NCBI GenBank assembly: GCA_041746575.1
Contig: JBGTGT010000083.1
Span: 1 to 53,721 of the forward strand
Length of the DNA: 53,721 nt
From: Microcystaceae cyanobacterium
GTDB taxonomy: Bacteria > Cyanobacteriota > Cyanobacteriia > Cyanobacteriales > Microcystaceae
Direction of reading: 5' to 3'
The stretch's first letter is position 1. Every line of letters begins with the position of its first letter. The notes beneath the pieces were generated by a model, which saw only the letters and a list, made by a program, of their open reading frames with translations, did no database searches and was not told the DNA's origin. Below are positions 1 through 11,330 of the stretch, piece by piece. The translations under genes were made by a program, and so were the position numbers.

Positions 1-816
1 AAACAGAAATTCTAGGGCGCGATTGCGGAGATTATAATAAAGTGGGTCTTCCATAATTTGAGTGCGATCGCGGGGACGCTCAAAAGGGATATCCAACACT
101 TCACCAATTTTAGCAGCAGGACCATTAGTCATCATCACCAGTCGATCGGCCAGAAACAATGCTTCATCGATATCGTGAGTAATCATTAATACCGTACAAC
201 GATGTTCGTTCCAAATGTTTAGCAGTTCTTCTTGCAATTCCTCTTTGGTAATCGCATCTAATGCTCCAAAGGGTTCATCTAAGATTAACACCTCTGGACG
301 GATGGCCAAAGCGCGCGCAATGGATACCCGTTGTTTCATGCCTCCAGAGATTTGAGGCGGTTTTTTGTTTTCTGCTTCCGTTAAACCCACCATTGCTAAA
401 TGATCCCGTACAACTGCCATTTTTTCTGCCTCTCGCTTGTTAGGACTTACTGCATCTACTGCTAAATAGACATTCTCAAATACCGTTAACCAAGGGAGTA
501 AAGCATAATTTTGGAAGACTACCATGCGATCGGGCCCTGGTTTTGTGATAGGTTTACCATTGACGGTCACAACACCCGCAGTAGGATTAGCGAAACCTGA
601 TACCATATTTAAAAGGGTGGATTTGCCACAGCCTGAATGACCGATTACACAGATAAATTCTCCTTCATTGACGGTTAAATTGACGTTTTCGAGGACAGTA
701 TAAGGACCTTTAGGGGTGGGATAAACTTTGCTGACGTTTTCGATGACGACAAAGGGATTAGCTTGCATGGCGGGTTGAGGCTTAAGATTAAGAGTTTGCT
801 TTTTGGTGGCTTGCAT
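1..816 (-). CDS. cmpD: Bicarbonate ABC transporter ATP-binding subunit CmpD (3' end runs off the window; absent from the ORF track)
   Basis: Manual minus-strand translation: [72 protein letters not shown] (Walker A); AAGGAA RBS-like site upstream; directly downstream of cmpC. Confidence 0.88.
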   Translation of the reverse strand, partial: MQATKKQTLNLKPQPAMQANPFVVIENVSKVYPTPKGPYTVLENVNLTVNEGEFICVIGHSGCGKSTLLNMVSGFANPTAGVVTVNGKPITKPGPDRMVVFQNYALLPWLTVFENVYLAVDAVSPNKREAEKMAVVRDHLAMVGLTEAENKKPPQISGGMKQRVSIARALAIRPEVLILDEPFGALDAITKEELQEELLNIWNEHRCTVLMITHDIDEALFLADRLVMMTNGPAAKIGEVLDIPFERPRDRTQIMEDPLYYNLRNRALEFLF

Positions 817-872
817 GGCGGTTTTCCTTGGTAGTAGGTCTTTTTTCTAGGTAAAAATGATTGAGAAAAGCT

Positions 873-892
873 GTAGAGGCGCAAGTCTTGCG
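873..892 (+). repeat. GTAG-type REP-like palindrome between cmpC and cmpD
   Basis: GTAGAGGCGCAAGTCTTGCG; related copies at 3081-3103, 3998-4018 and 22443-22460. Confidence 0.55.
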
Positions 893-1026
893 TTTTAATC
901 TCACTTAAGTCGAGTTTTTTAACTCACCCTAAAATTACTTTCAGGGCTAATAGCTTAAATCCATTGAAATAGATTGGTTATGGGCTTTAAACTTAAGTTA
1001 AGGAACAGTCTTACGCCCTCACAGCA

Positions 1027-3036
1027 TTATGCAGCAACAAGGACAGATGGCTTTATTCCGTCGAGATGAATTTCGGCCATCGTAAAATTCTGTTTAATAG
1101 CTAATTGGTTCAAATAACCGATAGGATCTTCAGAATCAAAGGTAATTCCGTCAAATAGCTTAATCGGTTCACGACGATACTTAATATCCACCATTCCTAA
1201 CTCTCGTGCGGCGGTACTAAAGACGCTTACCCGACACACCCGTTCGAGAATTTCCACCCAGTTACGAGGAAAGGGAATATGTCCCCAACGCGCCATCTGT
1301 GTCATCATCCAGAGATGTTCTGTGCGACTCGGACGGTTCATTCCTTCGCCAAAGAACATATGATGAGCATATTCGACAGATTTTTCTAAGTTACAGGTGT
1401 AATTGTTGGGATCTCCCAATTGAATGTATTCGGAATTGGTACTGAGATACTGGCGACTGGCAAGGAGTTGACGAATTTCCTCGTGGTTTTCGGGGTTTGC
1501 ACAATAGCGACAACCTTCCAAAAGAGCTTTAACAAGGGCAATATGACTATTAGGGTGAGCATTTGCCCAATCTTCTCGGACTCCTAATACTTTACCCGGA
1601 TGTCCTTGCCATATCTCTAAATCGGTGGCGACGGTGAAACCTAACCCTTCCATCGCCGCGCGCATATTCCAAGGCTCGCCCACACAGTATCCATCAATTG
1701 TACCGGCTTTGAGGTCGGCTACCATTTGAGCAGGGGGAATGGTTTCTAAATGAACATCTATGTCAGGATTAATACCTCCTGCAGCTAACCAATAACGAAG
1801 GAGAATATTGTGCATTGAGGAGTCATGAACCATACCAAAAATATGATTTTTTTCGGTCGATTCTAGTAAGATTCGGTGTAAATCGCTAACCGTATGTACC
1901 CCTTGTTGATACAAAGTATTACTTAAGGTAATCCCGTTACCGTTGCGCGTCATCGTCAGAGCAGTCACAATCGGTAAAGGTTCTTCTCGGTATCCGCCAG
2001 CCGTCAACCAAGCGGGCATTCCGGCGGGCATTTGCGCTCCATCGAGATAACCCCCTTTAATACCGTCAACAATGCCTCTCCAACTGCTTTCACGGACTAA
2101 ATTGACCTCATCTAAGCCATGTTTAACAAAAAAGCCTTTTTCTTTAGCAACAACTAAAGGCGCACAGGCGGTGAGCGGAACAAACCCAATCTCTAAATTG
2201 ACCTTTTCTAAGCCATGACGGGCAACCGTCTCGACTTTTCTGGCTCTTAGCTTCTTAATGCGCTTCTGTTGATTGAGAAAGTAGATAATTTCACTGCGCA
2301 GACTGTAGTAACTGGGATGGTTAACCACTTCCATGCGTTGACGAGGACGGAGAATATCTACTTCAAGAATACCCCCGATTTTAGATCCCGGTCCGTTAGT
2401 TAACATGACGATTCTATCCGAGAGAAAAACCGCTTCATCAACATCATGCGTGACCATAACTGAGGTAATATGGTACTGCTCACAGATTTTCATTAATTGC
2501 TCTTGTAAATTACCTCTGGTAAGGGCATCTAATGCACCGAAGGGTTCATCCAGTAGCAATAATTTAGGACGGATAGATAAGGCGCGTGCAATGGCAACTC
2601 GTTGTTTCATTCCGCCTGAAAGTTGTTTAGGATATTTATCTACCGCATGACGTAAACCGACTAAATCAATATGTTGTTCGATGATTTCTTGGCGTTCTTT
2701 TTGAGGTAAATCCCTCATAACTTCATCCACTGCTAAAGCAATATTTTGGTGAACGGTTAACCAAGGAAGCAGAGAATAATTCTGAAAAATAACCATCTTA
2801 TCGGGACCCGGTTTACTGACTTTTTGCCCTTCTAAGGTGACAATTCCTTCAGTTGGTAAATCTAAGCCTGCAATCATATTTAATAAGGTTGATTTTCCAC
2901 AGCCGGAGTGACCAATTAAGGAAATAAATTCCCCTTTTTTAATTTCTAAGTCAATGCCTTTGAGAGCGATATATTCACCGCCTCCGCTTAGAGGAAAGAC
3001 TTTATCAATACTGTCAACAGCAACAAAAACACCCAT
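1027..3036 (-). CDS. cmpC: Bicarbonate ABC transporter ATP-binding subunit CmpC with C-terminal NrtA/CmpA-like regulatory domain
   Basis: [35 protein letters not shown], plus a C-terminal solute-binding-like domain ([11 protein letters not shown]); 669 aa; operon context. Confidence 0.92.
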   Translation of the reverse strand: MGVFVAVDSIDKVFPLSGGGEYIALKGIDLEIKKGEFISLIGHSGCGKSTLLNMIAGLDLPTEGIVTLEGQKVSKPGPDKMVIFQNYSLLPWLTVHQNIALAVDEVMRDLPQKERQEIIEQHIDLVGLRHAVDKYPKQLSGGMKQRVAIARALSIRPKLLLLDEPFGALDALTRGNLQEQLMKICEQYHITSVMVTHDVDEAVFLSDRIVMLTNGPGSKIGGILEVDILRPRQRMEVVNHPSYYSLRSEIIYFLNQQKRIKKLRARKVETVARHGLEKVNLEIGFVPLTACAPLVVAKEKGFFVKHGLDEVNLVRESSWRGIVDGIKGGYLDGAQMPAGMPAWLTAGGYREEPLPIVTALTMTRNGNGITLSNTLYQQGVHTVSDLHRILLESTEKNHIFGMVHDSSMHNILLRYWLAAGGINPDIDVHLETIPPAQMVADLKAGTIDGYCVGEPWNMRAAMEGLGFTVATDLEIWQGHPGKVLGVREDWANAHPNSHIALVKALLEGCRYCANPENHEEIRQLLASRQYLSTNSEYIQLGDPNNYTCNLEKSVEYAHHMFFGEGMNRPSRTEHLWMMTQMARWGHIPFPRNWVEILERVCRVSVFSTAARELGMVDIKYRREPIKLFDGITFDSEDPIGYLNQLAIKQNFTMAEIHLDGIKPSVLVAA

Positions 3037-3080
3037 AAGTTTGACCTCACTATTTTAGATTGAATTGATAGAGTTGGATT

Positions 3081-3103
3081 GGGCGCAAAGCTTGCGCCTC
3101 TAC
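3081..3103 (-). repeat. GTAG-type REP-like palindrome between cmpB and cmpC
   Basis: GGGCGCAAAGCTTGCGCCTCTAC, reverse complement GTAGAGGCGCAAGCTTTGCGCCC; forms a hairpin. Confidence 0.6.
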
Positions 3104-3108
3104 CGAGT

Positions 3109-3951
3109 TTATTCGCCGGGTACGATAATCTTTTGAAGGTAGGCAATGCCTCTATCGAGAATTAAGCCCACCGCACCAATATAGATTACCGCTAAAATAA
3201 TTTCACTGATGTAGTTTTGTTGATAAGCATCCCAAATAAAGAAACCAATTCCCACGATGCCAGACATGACAATTTCTGCGGCAATAATCGCTAACCAAGC
3301 TAGCCCAATGGCAATTCTTAAGCCTGTAAAAATATAGGGCAAAGCAGAGGGTAACAAAATCTTGAAAAAGAATTTTTGATTCGACAATTGTAAAACTTGT
3401 TGTACATTGAGATAATCTTGGGGAATTTGTTTGACGCCTTCGGTAGTGTTAATTAAAATTGGCCAAACTGCGGTAATAAAAATTACGAAGATCGCCGCCG
3501 GTTGGTTTTGTTGAAGGGCAACTAAGGCAATGGGAACCCACGCCAAGGGAGCAACCATTCTTAAGAATTGAAAAAGAGGATCTAATGCTTTATTAATCAG
3601 GGGTTTTGTTCCGACTAAAATACCGACACTAATACCAATAATTGCCGCTAAAGAATAGCCTTGGGCAACCCGTCCTAAACTGGCTAAAGTTTGCCAAAAT
3701 AACCCCTTATCTAAACCACCGCGATCATAGAAAGGATACATTAATAAAGTACGAGTGCGATCGTCTGTCCATAAACTACTGGGGGGAGGTAATTTAATCA
3801 GTCCAATCATTGAGGCCAATTGCCACACTAAGAGAAAACCTAAAACGCCGAGTAATGGAAGAATAATTTCTTCTTTATTTTTGTGCCAAAAGTTCAATAC
3901 GGGATTGTTACTCTTGGTGCGATTTTTACGCATTTTTACGGTTGCTGCCAT
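3109..3951 (-). CDS. cmpB: Bicarbonate ABC transporter permease CmpB (likely start MAATVK)
   Basis: NrtB/CmpB permease motifs (PLAWVPIAL, WPILINTTEGV, WLAIIAAEI, WDAYQQNYISEII). Confidence 0.9.
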   Translation of the reverse strand: MAATVKMRKNRTKSNNPVLNFWHKNKEEIILPLLGVLGFLLVWQLASMIGLIKLPPPSSLWTDDRTRTLLMYPFYDRGGLDKGLFWQTLASLGRVAQGYSLAAIIGISVGILVGTKPLINKALDPLFQFLRMVAPLAWVPIALVALQQNQPAAIFVIFITAVWPILINTTEGVKQIPQDYLNVQQVLQLSNQKFFFKILLPSALPYIFTGLRIAIGLAWLAIIAAEIVMSGIVGIGFFIWDAYQQNYISEIILAVIYIGAVGLILDRGIAYLQKIIVPGE

Positions 3952-3997
3952 GGGTTTTTTCCTCATCTAATAATAGTTGGTAATTTGTTTCTGACTT

Positions 3998-4018
3998 GGC
4001 GTAAGCTTTACGCCCCTA
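3998..4018 (-). repeat. REP-like palindrome between cmpA and cmpB
   Basis: GGCGTAAGCTTTACGCCCCTA, same family as 3081-3103. Confidence 0.55.
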
Positions 4019-4026
4019 TCAGGATC

Positions 4027-5388
4027 TTAAACTCGTTTGATGTTGAGACTATTTAAGTAAGCTGATGGATTTTCAGGATCAAACGTTACGCCATCAAAGA
4101 AGGTTTCAACGCCTCTTGAAGTGCTACTGGGAATATCAGCCGTAAATCCTGCTTCAGTTGCAGCTTCTCGCCAAATATCTTCTCGATTGACTTTATCAAT
4201 GATTTTTTGAGCAGTGTCAATATCAGGAATTGCTCCTTTATGAAAGCCCCAACGAATACTTTCAGTCAAGAACCAAAGATCATGACTCTTATAAGGATAA
4301 GAAACATTTCCTTTACCGTCTTTCCAGTATAACGGTCCCATATTTTTATCTTTAATTTCGGCTTTGCCATCTCCCATCTTGTAATTACCTTTATAGGGAG
4401 GTTCTAAGATATCAACAGGAATATTGAAGTAGTTTCTTCCGGCTAAAATGGTAACCGCAGAATCCCGATTACTATTGTTATCAATCCACTGTTGCGCCTC
4501 CATTAATCCTTTTAACAATGCTTTCGTTGCTTTGGGATTTTTATCTACCCAATCCGCACGAATAGCAAGGTATTCTTCAGGGTGATATGGCCAAATTTGC
4601 GCCGTTAAACCTGCCATATAACCAATATCTTCGGCAATAATACGATAAGGCCAAGGATCACCTGTACTAAATGCGTCCATCGTGCCATTGCGCATCCCTT
4701 GAACGGTTTCTGCTGGAGGAACAGCGAGTAAATCAATGTCTTGGTCTGGATCAATGCCTCCGGCCGCAAACCAGTAACGAATCCAGAAATCTTGGTTGAC
4801 ATTGGGGAAAGTATGCGCCGCTTTGAACTTTCGTCCGTTGGCTTTAGGAAAGCTTTTGATATAATCTGCCGCTTGGGATAAATCTAGTGTCACCCCCTTT
4901 CCTTGGTGCATCGGTGCAACGGCAATCCCATTCCCTTGGGTGATTAATTGTGCTAAGACATACATCGGGATTTTCTGTCCATTAGTGATGATTCCCTCAG
5001 TAATAAGGTGAGGCATGGGCATTTGCCACTGTCCTCCATCAATTCCGCCTCCTTGCGAGCCAATTGTCACATTATCTCTTGCAGAAGCCCAGTTTGCTTG
5101 CTTAGAAACTTCTACATCTGTCATGCCATATTTGGCAAAAAAGCCTTTTTCTTTGGCAATAATTAAGGGTGCTGACTCTACAATGGGAATATAGCCGAGT
5201 TTAATTGACATAGTTTCCGGCATCATCTCTGGGCTAATGTCTGCTGTTGCTTGCGTAGTTGAGGAAGCGGTTGAAGCATTGGGATCAGGGGGATTACCGA
5301 CACATCCTTTAAGTAACACTGCCCCAGCCGCAGAAGCGACGGATGTTAACAGAAACTTACGACGGGTTAAAGGAGAAAATTGAGACAT
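4027..5388 (-). CDS. cmpA: Bicarbonate-binding lipoprotein CmpA
   Basis: Tat plus lipobox N-terminus (TRRKFL...LKGC); [21 protein letters not shown] and [11 protein letters not shown] resemble CmpA rather than NrtA. Confidence 0.9.
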   Translation of the reverse strand: MSQFSPLTRRKFLLTSVASAAGAVLLKGCVGNPPDPNASTASSTTQATADISPEMMPETMSIKLGYIPIVESAPLIIAKEKGFFAKYGMTDVEVSKQANWASARDNVTIGSQGGGIDGGQWQMPMPHLITEGIITNGQKIPMYVLAQLITQGNGIAVAPMHQGKGVTLDLSQAADYIKSFPKANGRKFKAAHTFPNVNQDFWIRYWFAAGGIDPDQDIDLLAVPPAETVQGMRNGTMDAFSTGDPWPYRIIAEDIGYMAGLTAQIWPYHPEEYLAIRADWVDKNPKATKALLKGLMEAQQWIDNNSNRDSAVTILAGRNYFNIPVDILEPPYKGNYKMGDGKAEIKDKNMGPLYWKDGKGNVSYPYKSHDLWFLTESIRWGFHKGAIPDIDTAQKIIDKVNREDIWREAATEAGFTADIPSSTSRGVETFFDGVTFDPENPSAYLNSLNIKRV

Positions 5389-5963
5389 AAAAACCTCCTA
5401 CTGCCTATCAAATGAGACAGAAAAAATGGGTATGTTTACAGTTAAGAAAAAAGAGAAAAAGCCCTGCCGTACCTGCTTTATTGCAGTACCATTAGTTAAT
5501 TTTATGGATATTATTGCTTGAGCTTTTTAATTGTTTACTTAGTGAGTTGGTTAACTTGATAAATAAGTTTAGCACCTTTCTTAAAAAAAGATTAGTTTTT
5601 CCAATATGGGTTGATAATAAATTTTTAATGGGTGCTATAAGCATAGGTTAAAATAAATTGTATAATTAAAATCATAGCTTTTTATGAATATATTTTTAAG
5701 AAGTTATATATATAACAAGTAAAATCGCTAAAAGATGACTAAATCCTATAAAGTAGAGATATTTTGATAAATTAGGCTTAAATAAGCTTAAAAGAGATTT
5801 TAAATCCTATAAAAATCAAATTTATTGCAAAAAACTACAATTTTTTATCTCGTTTGCTTATTTTAAATGATCACTTCATAATTCATCATTCATAATTTCA
5901 TGGGTATCCACTACTATGGAAGTTGAACCAACTCCCAAAACCAAATCTTAGTTGATGGGAACC

Positions 5964-7046
5964 ATGCTAGATGCCATTATCATTCTCTTATTTATCGTTG
6001 CTATTGCTGGCGTCGGCTACGATAGCATTGATTTACTTCCTCCAACTGTCCAAGGCCAAATTTCCAACATTGATGCCCTACGCTGGTTAGCGGCCGGCTT
6101 TATGTCTATTATTGGTCTAGCAGTAGGTCTAGTTGTACAAACCACTTACCGACGCTTAGAAACGAAGATTCGTCAAACCCCCATCGAAGTTATTTTAACA
6201 AGGGCGGTCGGCTTAGTAATTGGTCTCTTAATTGCTAACTTAATGTTAGCCCCAATTTTTCTGCTACCGATTCCCAAAGAATTAGCTTTTGTCAAACCCG
6301 CCATGGCTATTCTTGGCAGTGTCATGTTTGCCTTTTTGGGGATTAGTTTAGCGGATACTCACGGACGAACTTTCTTGCGATTAATCAATCCTAATAGCAT
6401 TGAAAGTATGCTAGTAGCCGAAGGCACATTAGAACCTGCCTCCCCTAAAATCGTTGATACCAGTTGCATTATTGATGGACGTATTGAGCAACTGCTAGAT
6501 ACTGGATTTATTGAAGGACAAATTCTGATTCCTCAGTTTGTTTTACAAGAATTGCAACAACTTGCAGATGCCAGTAATGATCAAAAACGCATTAGAGGGC
6601 GACGAGGACTAGATATTCTTGGTCGGATTCAAGATGCTTTCCCAAAACGCACTGTGATTCATTCGGCAGACTACGAAGACGTTGCTACGGTGGATGCAAA
6701 ACTGGTGCATTTAGCTCAAGAAATTAACGGGACATTGTTAACCAACGATTATAATTTAAGCAAAGTTGCCAACTTGCAAAAGGTCAATATTCTCAATGTT
6801 AACGATATTGCCAAAGCCATTCGCCCTATTTATCTACCCGGTGATCTTCTTGATCTCAAAATTCTCAAACAAGGTAAAGAACCGAGTCAAGGGATTGGGT
6901 ATCTTGAAGACGGCACTATGGTCGTAGTAGAAGAAGGAAAAGACTATGTTGGAAGTGAGGCCAGAGTTGTGGTAACCTCTTCTTTACAAACATCGGCCGG
7001 ACGCATGATTTTTGCGAAACCGCAATCGTTGGTTACGTCGTCTTAA
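5964..7046 (+). CDS. Membrane PIN/TRAM domain protein (YacL family)
   Basis: N-terminal TM helices, PIN motif DTSCIIDGRI, LLTNDYNL, TRAM motif GKEPSQGIGYLEDGTMVVVE and QTSAGRMIFA. Confidence 0.88.
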   Translation: MLDAIIILLFIVAIAGVGYDSIDLLPPTVQGQISNIDALRWLAAGFMSIIGLAVGLVVQTTYRRLETKIRQTPIEVILTRAVGLVIGLLIANLMLAPIFLLPIPKELAFVKPAMAILGSVMFAFLGISLADTHGRTFLRLINPNSIESMLVAEGTLEPASPKIVDTSCIIDGRIEQLLDTGFIEGQILIPQFVLQELQQLADASNDQKRIRGRRGLDILGRIQDAFPKRTVIHSADYEDVATVDAKLVHLAQEINGTLLTNDYNLSKVANLQKVNILNVNDIAKAIRPIYLPGDLLDLKILKQGKEPSQGIGYLEDGTMVVVEEGKDYVGSEARVVVTSSLQTSAGRMIFAKPQSLVTSS

Positions 7047-7056
7047 GAGGAAACTT

Positions 7057-7401
7057 ATGAAAGTTTGGTCAAGTTTAATTTTATCGGGATGGGTGTGGGG
7101 AATTCCCGCTTTTGCTTGGGCAAATCCTCCTCTAATTTCAACAGTGGCGACGGATTTATTGGATATCTCTCCGCAAATGTGCCTCACAAAGGCAGAAAAA
7201 ACGATTGAATTGTCCCCCATGACAATGACCACCAAAGGAGAAGATTTTGTGGCCGGAACATGGAAAGATTATAAAGCCATGATTCTCTGTCGTTCTACTT
7301 CTGTTAATAAAATTGTGGTGGTTTATACAGTAGCAGGGGAAGGGAATGAACAGGTGGAATCCATCGCTTCTAGATTAGCAGATATCTTTAGGCATCAATA
7401 A
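7057..7401 (+). CDS. Hypothetical secreted protein
   Basis: AGAGGA RBS before ATG 7057; signal peptide ending AFAWA; two Cys. Confidence 0.65.
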   Translation: MKVWSSLILSGWVWGIPAFAWANPPLISTVATDLLDISPQMCLTKAEKTIELSPMTMTTKGEDFVAGTWKDYKAMILCRSTSVNKIVVVYTVAGEGNEQVESIASRLADIFRHQ

Positions 7402-7861
7402 ACTTCCATTGGGGATAAGTCGCCGCCTGACCTATATAATCCCCCTGTTCATCTAGAATATTCCAAAGGGTGACATTTTGAATCCAAAAGTGTCTTCCGG
7501 TGCGGGAAATTCTTAAACCTTGAATATTTTGAAGATAGCCCTGTTGCATAGCCTTTTCTAATAGTTTTTCTCTTTGCTGTCTTTGTTCGGGTTCGGCAGA
7601 TTGTTGGGAAGGCATTTGGGTAAATTGTTCCCAATTCATTTCCCATAAATTAAGTGCCATCTGATTGCCGTAATTAAAAAGGGGAGGAGATTGGGTATTA
7701 TGAGAAACCACGACAAAATCGCTAAAAAAGAGTTCTTTGGCTTCAGTAAGAGGATTATTTTGACGCTTAATTAATGGCTGTCCAAGGAAATGATCATAAC
7801 TGTCTAAAAGATACTGATTCCAAGTAATAACTTTGGGATCTTGCCAAATGTTTTGTGTCAT
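7388..7861 (-). CDS. MEKHLA domain protein
   Basis: VVVSHNTQSPPLFNYGNQMALNLWE, PSQQSAEP, G.RISRTGRHFWI, GQAA motifs of MEKHLA. Confidence 0.85.
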   Translation of the reverse strand: MTQNIWQDPKVITWNQYLLDSYDHFLGQPLIKRQNNPLTEAKELFFSDFVVVSHNTQSPPLFNYGNQMALNLWEMNWEQFTQMPSQQSAEPEQRQQREKLLEKAMQQGYLQNIQGLRISRTGRHFWIQNVTLWNILDEQGDYIGQAATYPQWKFIDA

Positions 7862-7921
7862 AATCAACATTTTCTTTAAGGTATAATACAAACCTGAATA
7901 AAAATAGATTATCAAAAAACG

Positions 7922-8674
7922 ATGCAAAATAGTCAAGCATTAATTATTGGGGCAAGTCAAGGCATTGGTTTCGGATTTGTTCAGCAACTTCTAGCAAATC
8001 CCTTCGTTGATAAAATTTATGCCACCTATCGTCATCCAGACTCAGCCTCAAGTTTATTAAGCTTGAGCGAAAATTATCCGCAAAAACTCACTTGTTTAAC
8101 CGTGGATATTACCGATGAAAATCAAGTCATTGCCATGGCGGAAACCCTTAAAACGCTGACTGAGAAACTGAACTTAGTCATAAATTGCGTGGGTTTATTA
8201 CATGATCAATCTATTCAACCCGAAAAAAGTTTAAGACAAATTAATCCCGAACATTTACTAAAATACTTTCAAGTGAATAGTATTGGTTCGGTGTTACTTG
8301 CTAAACATTTATTACCCCTATTAAATCATCAAGAACGCAATATTTTTGCAGCGATTTCTGCTAAAGTCGGCAGTATTGGAGATAATCATTTAGGGGGATG
8401 GTATGGGTACAGAAGTTCAAAAGCCGCTTTAAATATGCTTATGCGCACTATTTCTCTTGAATATCGCCGTAAATCACCCCAAACCATTGTTGTTTGTCTT
8501 CATCCCGGTACAACTGATACTCAATTATCAAAACCTTTTCAAAAAAATGTTCCCCCCGAAAAATTATTTTCCGTTGAAAAAACAGTAACGCAATTATTAA
8601 ACGTAATAGAACGATTAACCCTACAAGAGACAGGTCAATTTTTTTCTTGGGATGGTAATCCCTTACCTTGGTAA
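7922..8674 (+). CDS. Short-chain dehydrogenase, C-factor-like (Myxococcus CsgA type)
   Basis: GASQGIG, SAKVGSIGDN.LGGWYGYRSSKAALN, LHPGTTDT.LS.PF. Confidence 0.88.
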   Translation: MQNSQALIIGASQGIGFGFVQQLLANPFVDKIYATYRHPDSASSLLSLSENYPQKLTCLTVDITDENQVIAMAETLKTLTEKLNLVINCVGLLHDQSIQPEKSLRQINPEHLLKYFQVNSIGSVLLAKHLLPLLNHQERNIFAAISAKVGSIGDNHLGGWYGYRSSKAALNMLMRTISLEYRRKSPQTIVVCLHPGTTDTQLSKPFQKNVPPEKLFSVEKTVTQLLNVIERLTLQETGQFFSWDGNPLPW

Positions 8675-8762
8675 AAATGAAGTCATTTTACAACAGCACG
8701 ATGCTTTGTGGTTCATCAAGATCAACGAGCCACCATTGCTAACTCGTCCCTTATACCGATAC

Positions 8763-8790
8763 ACTGATTACTGATTACTGGTTACTGATT
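8763..8790 (+). repeat. Heptamer short tandem repeat (STRR-type), ACTGATT x4
   Basis: ACTGATT ACTGATT ACTGGTT ACTGATT immediately upstream of tyrS. Confidence 0.75.
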
Positions 8791-8794
8791 AATA

Positions 8795-10015
8795 ATGACT
8801 GTTGCTTCCTTTGATTGGCTGTATCGCGGCACCCATGAAATTTTTCCAAATCAACCTAATTCGATAGACACTGCTGAAAATTTAGAACAATTAATCTTGA
8901 AAAGCGAAAAACCTCTGCGAATCAAACTGGGAATTGATCCCACAGGTTCAGACATTCACTTAGGTCATAGTATTCCCTTTCGCAAACTGAGATCCTTTCA
9001 AGATGCAGGTCATACAGCAGTAGTCATTATCGGCGATTTTACGGCACAAATTGGCGATCCCACTGGAAAATCAGAAGTTAGACAACAACTAACCCCCGAT
9101 CAAGTCATTAACAATGCTAGAGACTACCTAACTCAACTCAAACCCATTTTAGATTTTGATACCCCCAATCGTTTAGAAATTCGTTACAATTCCGAGTGGT
9201 TATCAGAACTGGATTTAGGCAAGACGTTGGAACTATTGGCTACCATGACGGTAGGACAAATGTTGGCAAAAGAAGGATTTTCAGAACGCTTTAACCAAGA
9301 AAATCCGATTTTTCTCCATGAATTTCTTTATCCCTTGATGCAAGGTTATGATTCCGTTGCAGTAGAAGCCGATCTAGAATTAGGGGGAACCGATCAAAAG
9401 TTTAATATTGCCGTCGGACGGGATCTTCAGCGTCACTTTGGCAAAAAACCCCAATTTGGATTATTATTGCCAATTTTAGTGGGAACAGATGGTAAACAGA
9501 AAATGTCCAAATCCCTCAATAATTATGTGGGATTGAAAGAAGATGCTCTTTCTATGTATTCTAAACTAGAAAAAACGCCAGATATCCTCTTAAAAGACTA
9601 TTTTGAACTGTTAACTCAACTTCCTCTTGAGCAAATTCCCGATAACCCTAGAGAGGCGCAAAAACAGTTAGCCGTAGCCATTGTTGCCCAATTTCACGGC
9701 GAAGAATCCGCCTTAACTGCCCAAAAAACCGCTTTAGATATTGTGAAAGTGCAAAATACTGCCGCCGCAGCCGAGGTTCCTGAATACGAACTGTCGAAAG
9801 TCCAGTTTCCCGCTAAAATCTTTTATATTTTGAGTTCAAGTGGCTTATGTGCGAGTAGCGGCGAAGGAAGGCGACAAATTCAAGGGGGGGCAGTAAAATT
9901 AGAAGGCGATCGCATCACTGATGTTAACCTTAGTTTTGATACACCTGAACAACTCAACGGCAAAATTCTGCAAGTTGGCAAAAAAAAGTTTATTCGTTTG
10001 GTAAACAATAAATAA
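8795..10015 (+). CDS. tyrS: Tyrosine--tRNA ligase
   Basis: [13 protein letters not shown] (HIGH motif), [24 protein letters not shown]-terminal S4 domain. Confidence 0.96.
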   Translation: MTVASFDWLYRGTHEIFPNQPNSIDTAENLEQLILKSEKPLRIKLGIDPTGSDIHLGHSIPFRKLRSFQDAGHTAVVIIGDFTAQIGDPTGKSEVRQQLTPDQVINNARDYLTQLKPILDFDTPNRLEIRYNSEWLSELDLGKTLELLATMTVGQMLAKEGFSERFNQENPIFLHEFLYPLMQGYDSVAVEADLELGGTDQKFNIAVGRDLQRHFGKKPQFGLLLPILVGTDGKQKMSKSLNNYVGLKEDALSMYSKLEKTPDILLKDYFELLTQLPLEQIPDNPREAQKQLAVAIVAQFHGEESALTAQKTALDIVKVQNTAAAAEVPEYELSKVQFPAKIFYILSSSGLCASSGEGRRQIQGGAVKLEGDRITDVNLSFDTPEQLNGKILQVGKKKFIRLVNNK

Positions 10016-10046
10016 AGGTGGAAGTGAGACATTGAACGATTATTCC

Positions 10047-11270
10047 CTATTCCTCTTCTAAGTCTTTGATAATTTCTAATAGGGGCAAATAGGCAGGATA
10101 AGTCCCTTCTGTTTTAACTCGTTTTATTTCCGAGTCAGGAATCGGCAATCCTTGTTTAACCGCAATCGCTTGAACAATATCTCCGCGATCAATAATACCA
10201 GCGACTGCCCCTGCTAGAGAAAGAACAGTTAGGTAAGGTTCTGCAAGCTGTTCTAAGAGCTTGATTACTTGAACTAAAGACGTTTTTTCAGTCACTGAGG
10301 CAATATCTTGTAACGGAATCGCCAAATTTCCTAAATTTTTTTGTTCCCATTCTCGGCGATCAATCCCATTGACATCAGATAGATTAATTTTTCCCCGATA
10401 CCGTCCCTCTGACGCACAAAAATAAGCAATATTCGCTGTATCAGCAGAAATCAAATGGTTTTCCACAAATTCCCTCACACTGAGATGAGCATTCACCACC
10501 CGAAAATCTGAAGACATGGCATCAGATGCCCGAATTTGTCGCAGACGAGTTTGGATCTTCGCCAACCGCTCATAAGCAGTCGCATTCCGTAGAATGAACC
10601 AACCAATAAAAGCAATCCAGAGAGAACCGATTTGAAACTGCTCAGACTTTAACATCATCATGATACCAAAGCTAATTCCCAGAATTCCCAAAAATTTACC
10701 ACTGGTGGCCGCCCAGCGAATTCCTGTTAAGCGATCGCCGGTAATTTGCCAAACCAAAGCTTTTAAAATTTGTCCTCCATCAAGAGGTAATCCCGGAATA
10801 AGATTGAATAGAGCTAAAATGAGATTAATTCTGGCTAAATCTGCCGCTAAATAATGAATCAACTGCTGATCAGCGAAAATATAGGTGACGAAACTAAAAA
10901 TCAGAAAGAGACAAACACTAACAAAAGGACCAGCGATCGCTACCCCAAATGCCCCCATCGGGGTTTTCGATTCCCGCTCAATAGCCGCCACGCCACCGAA
11001 TAAAAAGAGAGTAATCGAATTGACCTTAATACCTTGCAAACGAGCCATTAGGCTATGACCCAGTTCGTGAAGTAAAACAGAGCCAAAGAGGAGCAAAGCC
11101 ATGGTTAATCCTGCAATCCATCCCCAAAATGCAATATCACCGACCAAACGACGTTCTATGATTTCCGATGCATTGGCCAGCGTCACCAAAGCCACAATAA
11201 AAAACCAAGAAGAATCTATATAAAAGGGAATACCGAGTAAATTTCCGATTTGTCGACGATTTGAGCGCAT
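10047..11270 (-). CDS. Site-2 (M50) zinc metalloprotease with CBS-like C-terminus
   Basis: HELGH, AIAGP, FNLIPGLPLDGG, several TM helices. Confidence 0.9.
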   Translation of the reverse strand: MRSNRRQIGNLLGIPFYIDSSWFFIVALVTLANASEIIERRLVGDIAFWGWIAGLTMALLLFGSVLLHELGHSLMARLQGIKVNSITLFLFGGVAAIERESKTPMGAFGVAIAGPFVSVCLFLIFSFVTYIFADQQLIHYLAADLARINLILALFNLIPGLPLDGGQILKALVWQITGDRLTGIRWAATSGKFLGILGISFGIMMMLKSEQFQIGSLWIAFIGWFILRNATAYERLAKIQTRLRQIRASDAMSSDFRVVNAHLSVREFVENHLISADTANIAYFCASEGRYRGKINLSDVNGIDRREWEQKNLGNLAIPLQDIASVTEKTSLVQVIKLLEQLAEPYLTVLSLAGAVAGIIDRGDIVQAIAVKQGLPIPDSEIKRVKTEGTYPAYLPLLEIIKDLEEE

Positions 11271-11330
11271 TTTAGAGAAAAATTAGGTTTTAGGTTCACT
11301 GGTCACTGACTAACAGACAAAGGGATTTAG

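Noticed and set aside
675..884. 69-aa minus-strand ORF
   Set aside because: Off-frame shadow over the cmpD 5' end
1..5388. nrtABCD nitrate transporter call
   Set aside because: Binding-protein motifs ([18 protein letters not shown]) fit CmpA, and no nirA lies upstream
5500..5900. CmpR/LysR boxes and an AAATCCTATAAA direct repeat upstream of cmpA
   Set aside because: Sites are expected here, but the region is so AT-rich that specific T-N11-A boxes cannot be told from chance
7922..8674. CsgA name suggesting a link to curli
   Set aside because: This is the SDR C-factor family, unrelated to curlin CsgA, and lies 14 kb from the secreted cluster
8675..8794. T-box leader upstream of tyrS
   Set aside because: The spacer is too short, has no T-box consensus, and contains only a heptamer tandem repeat
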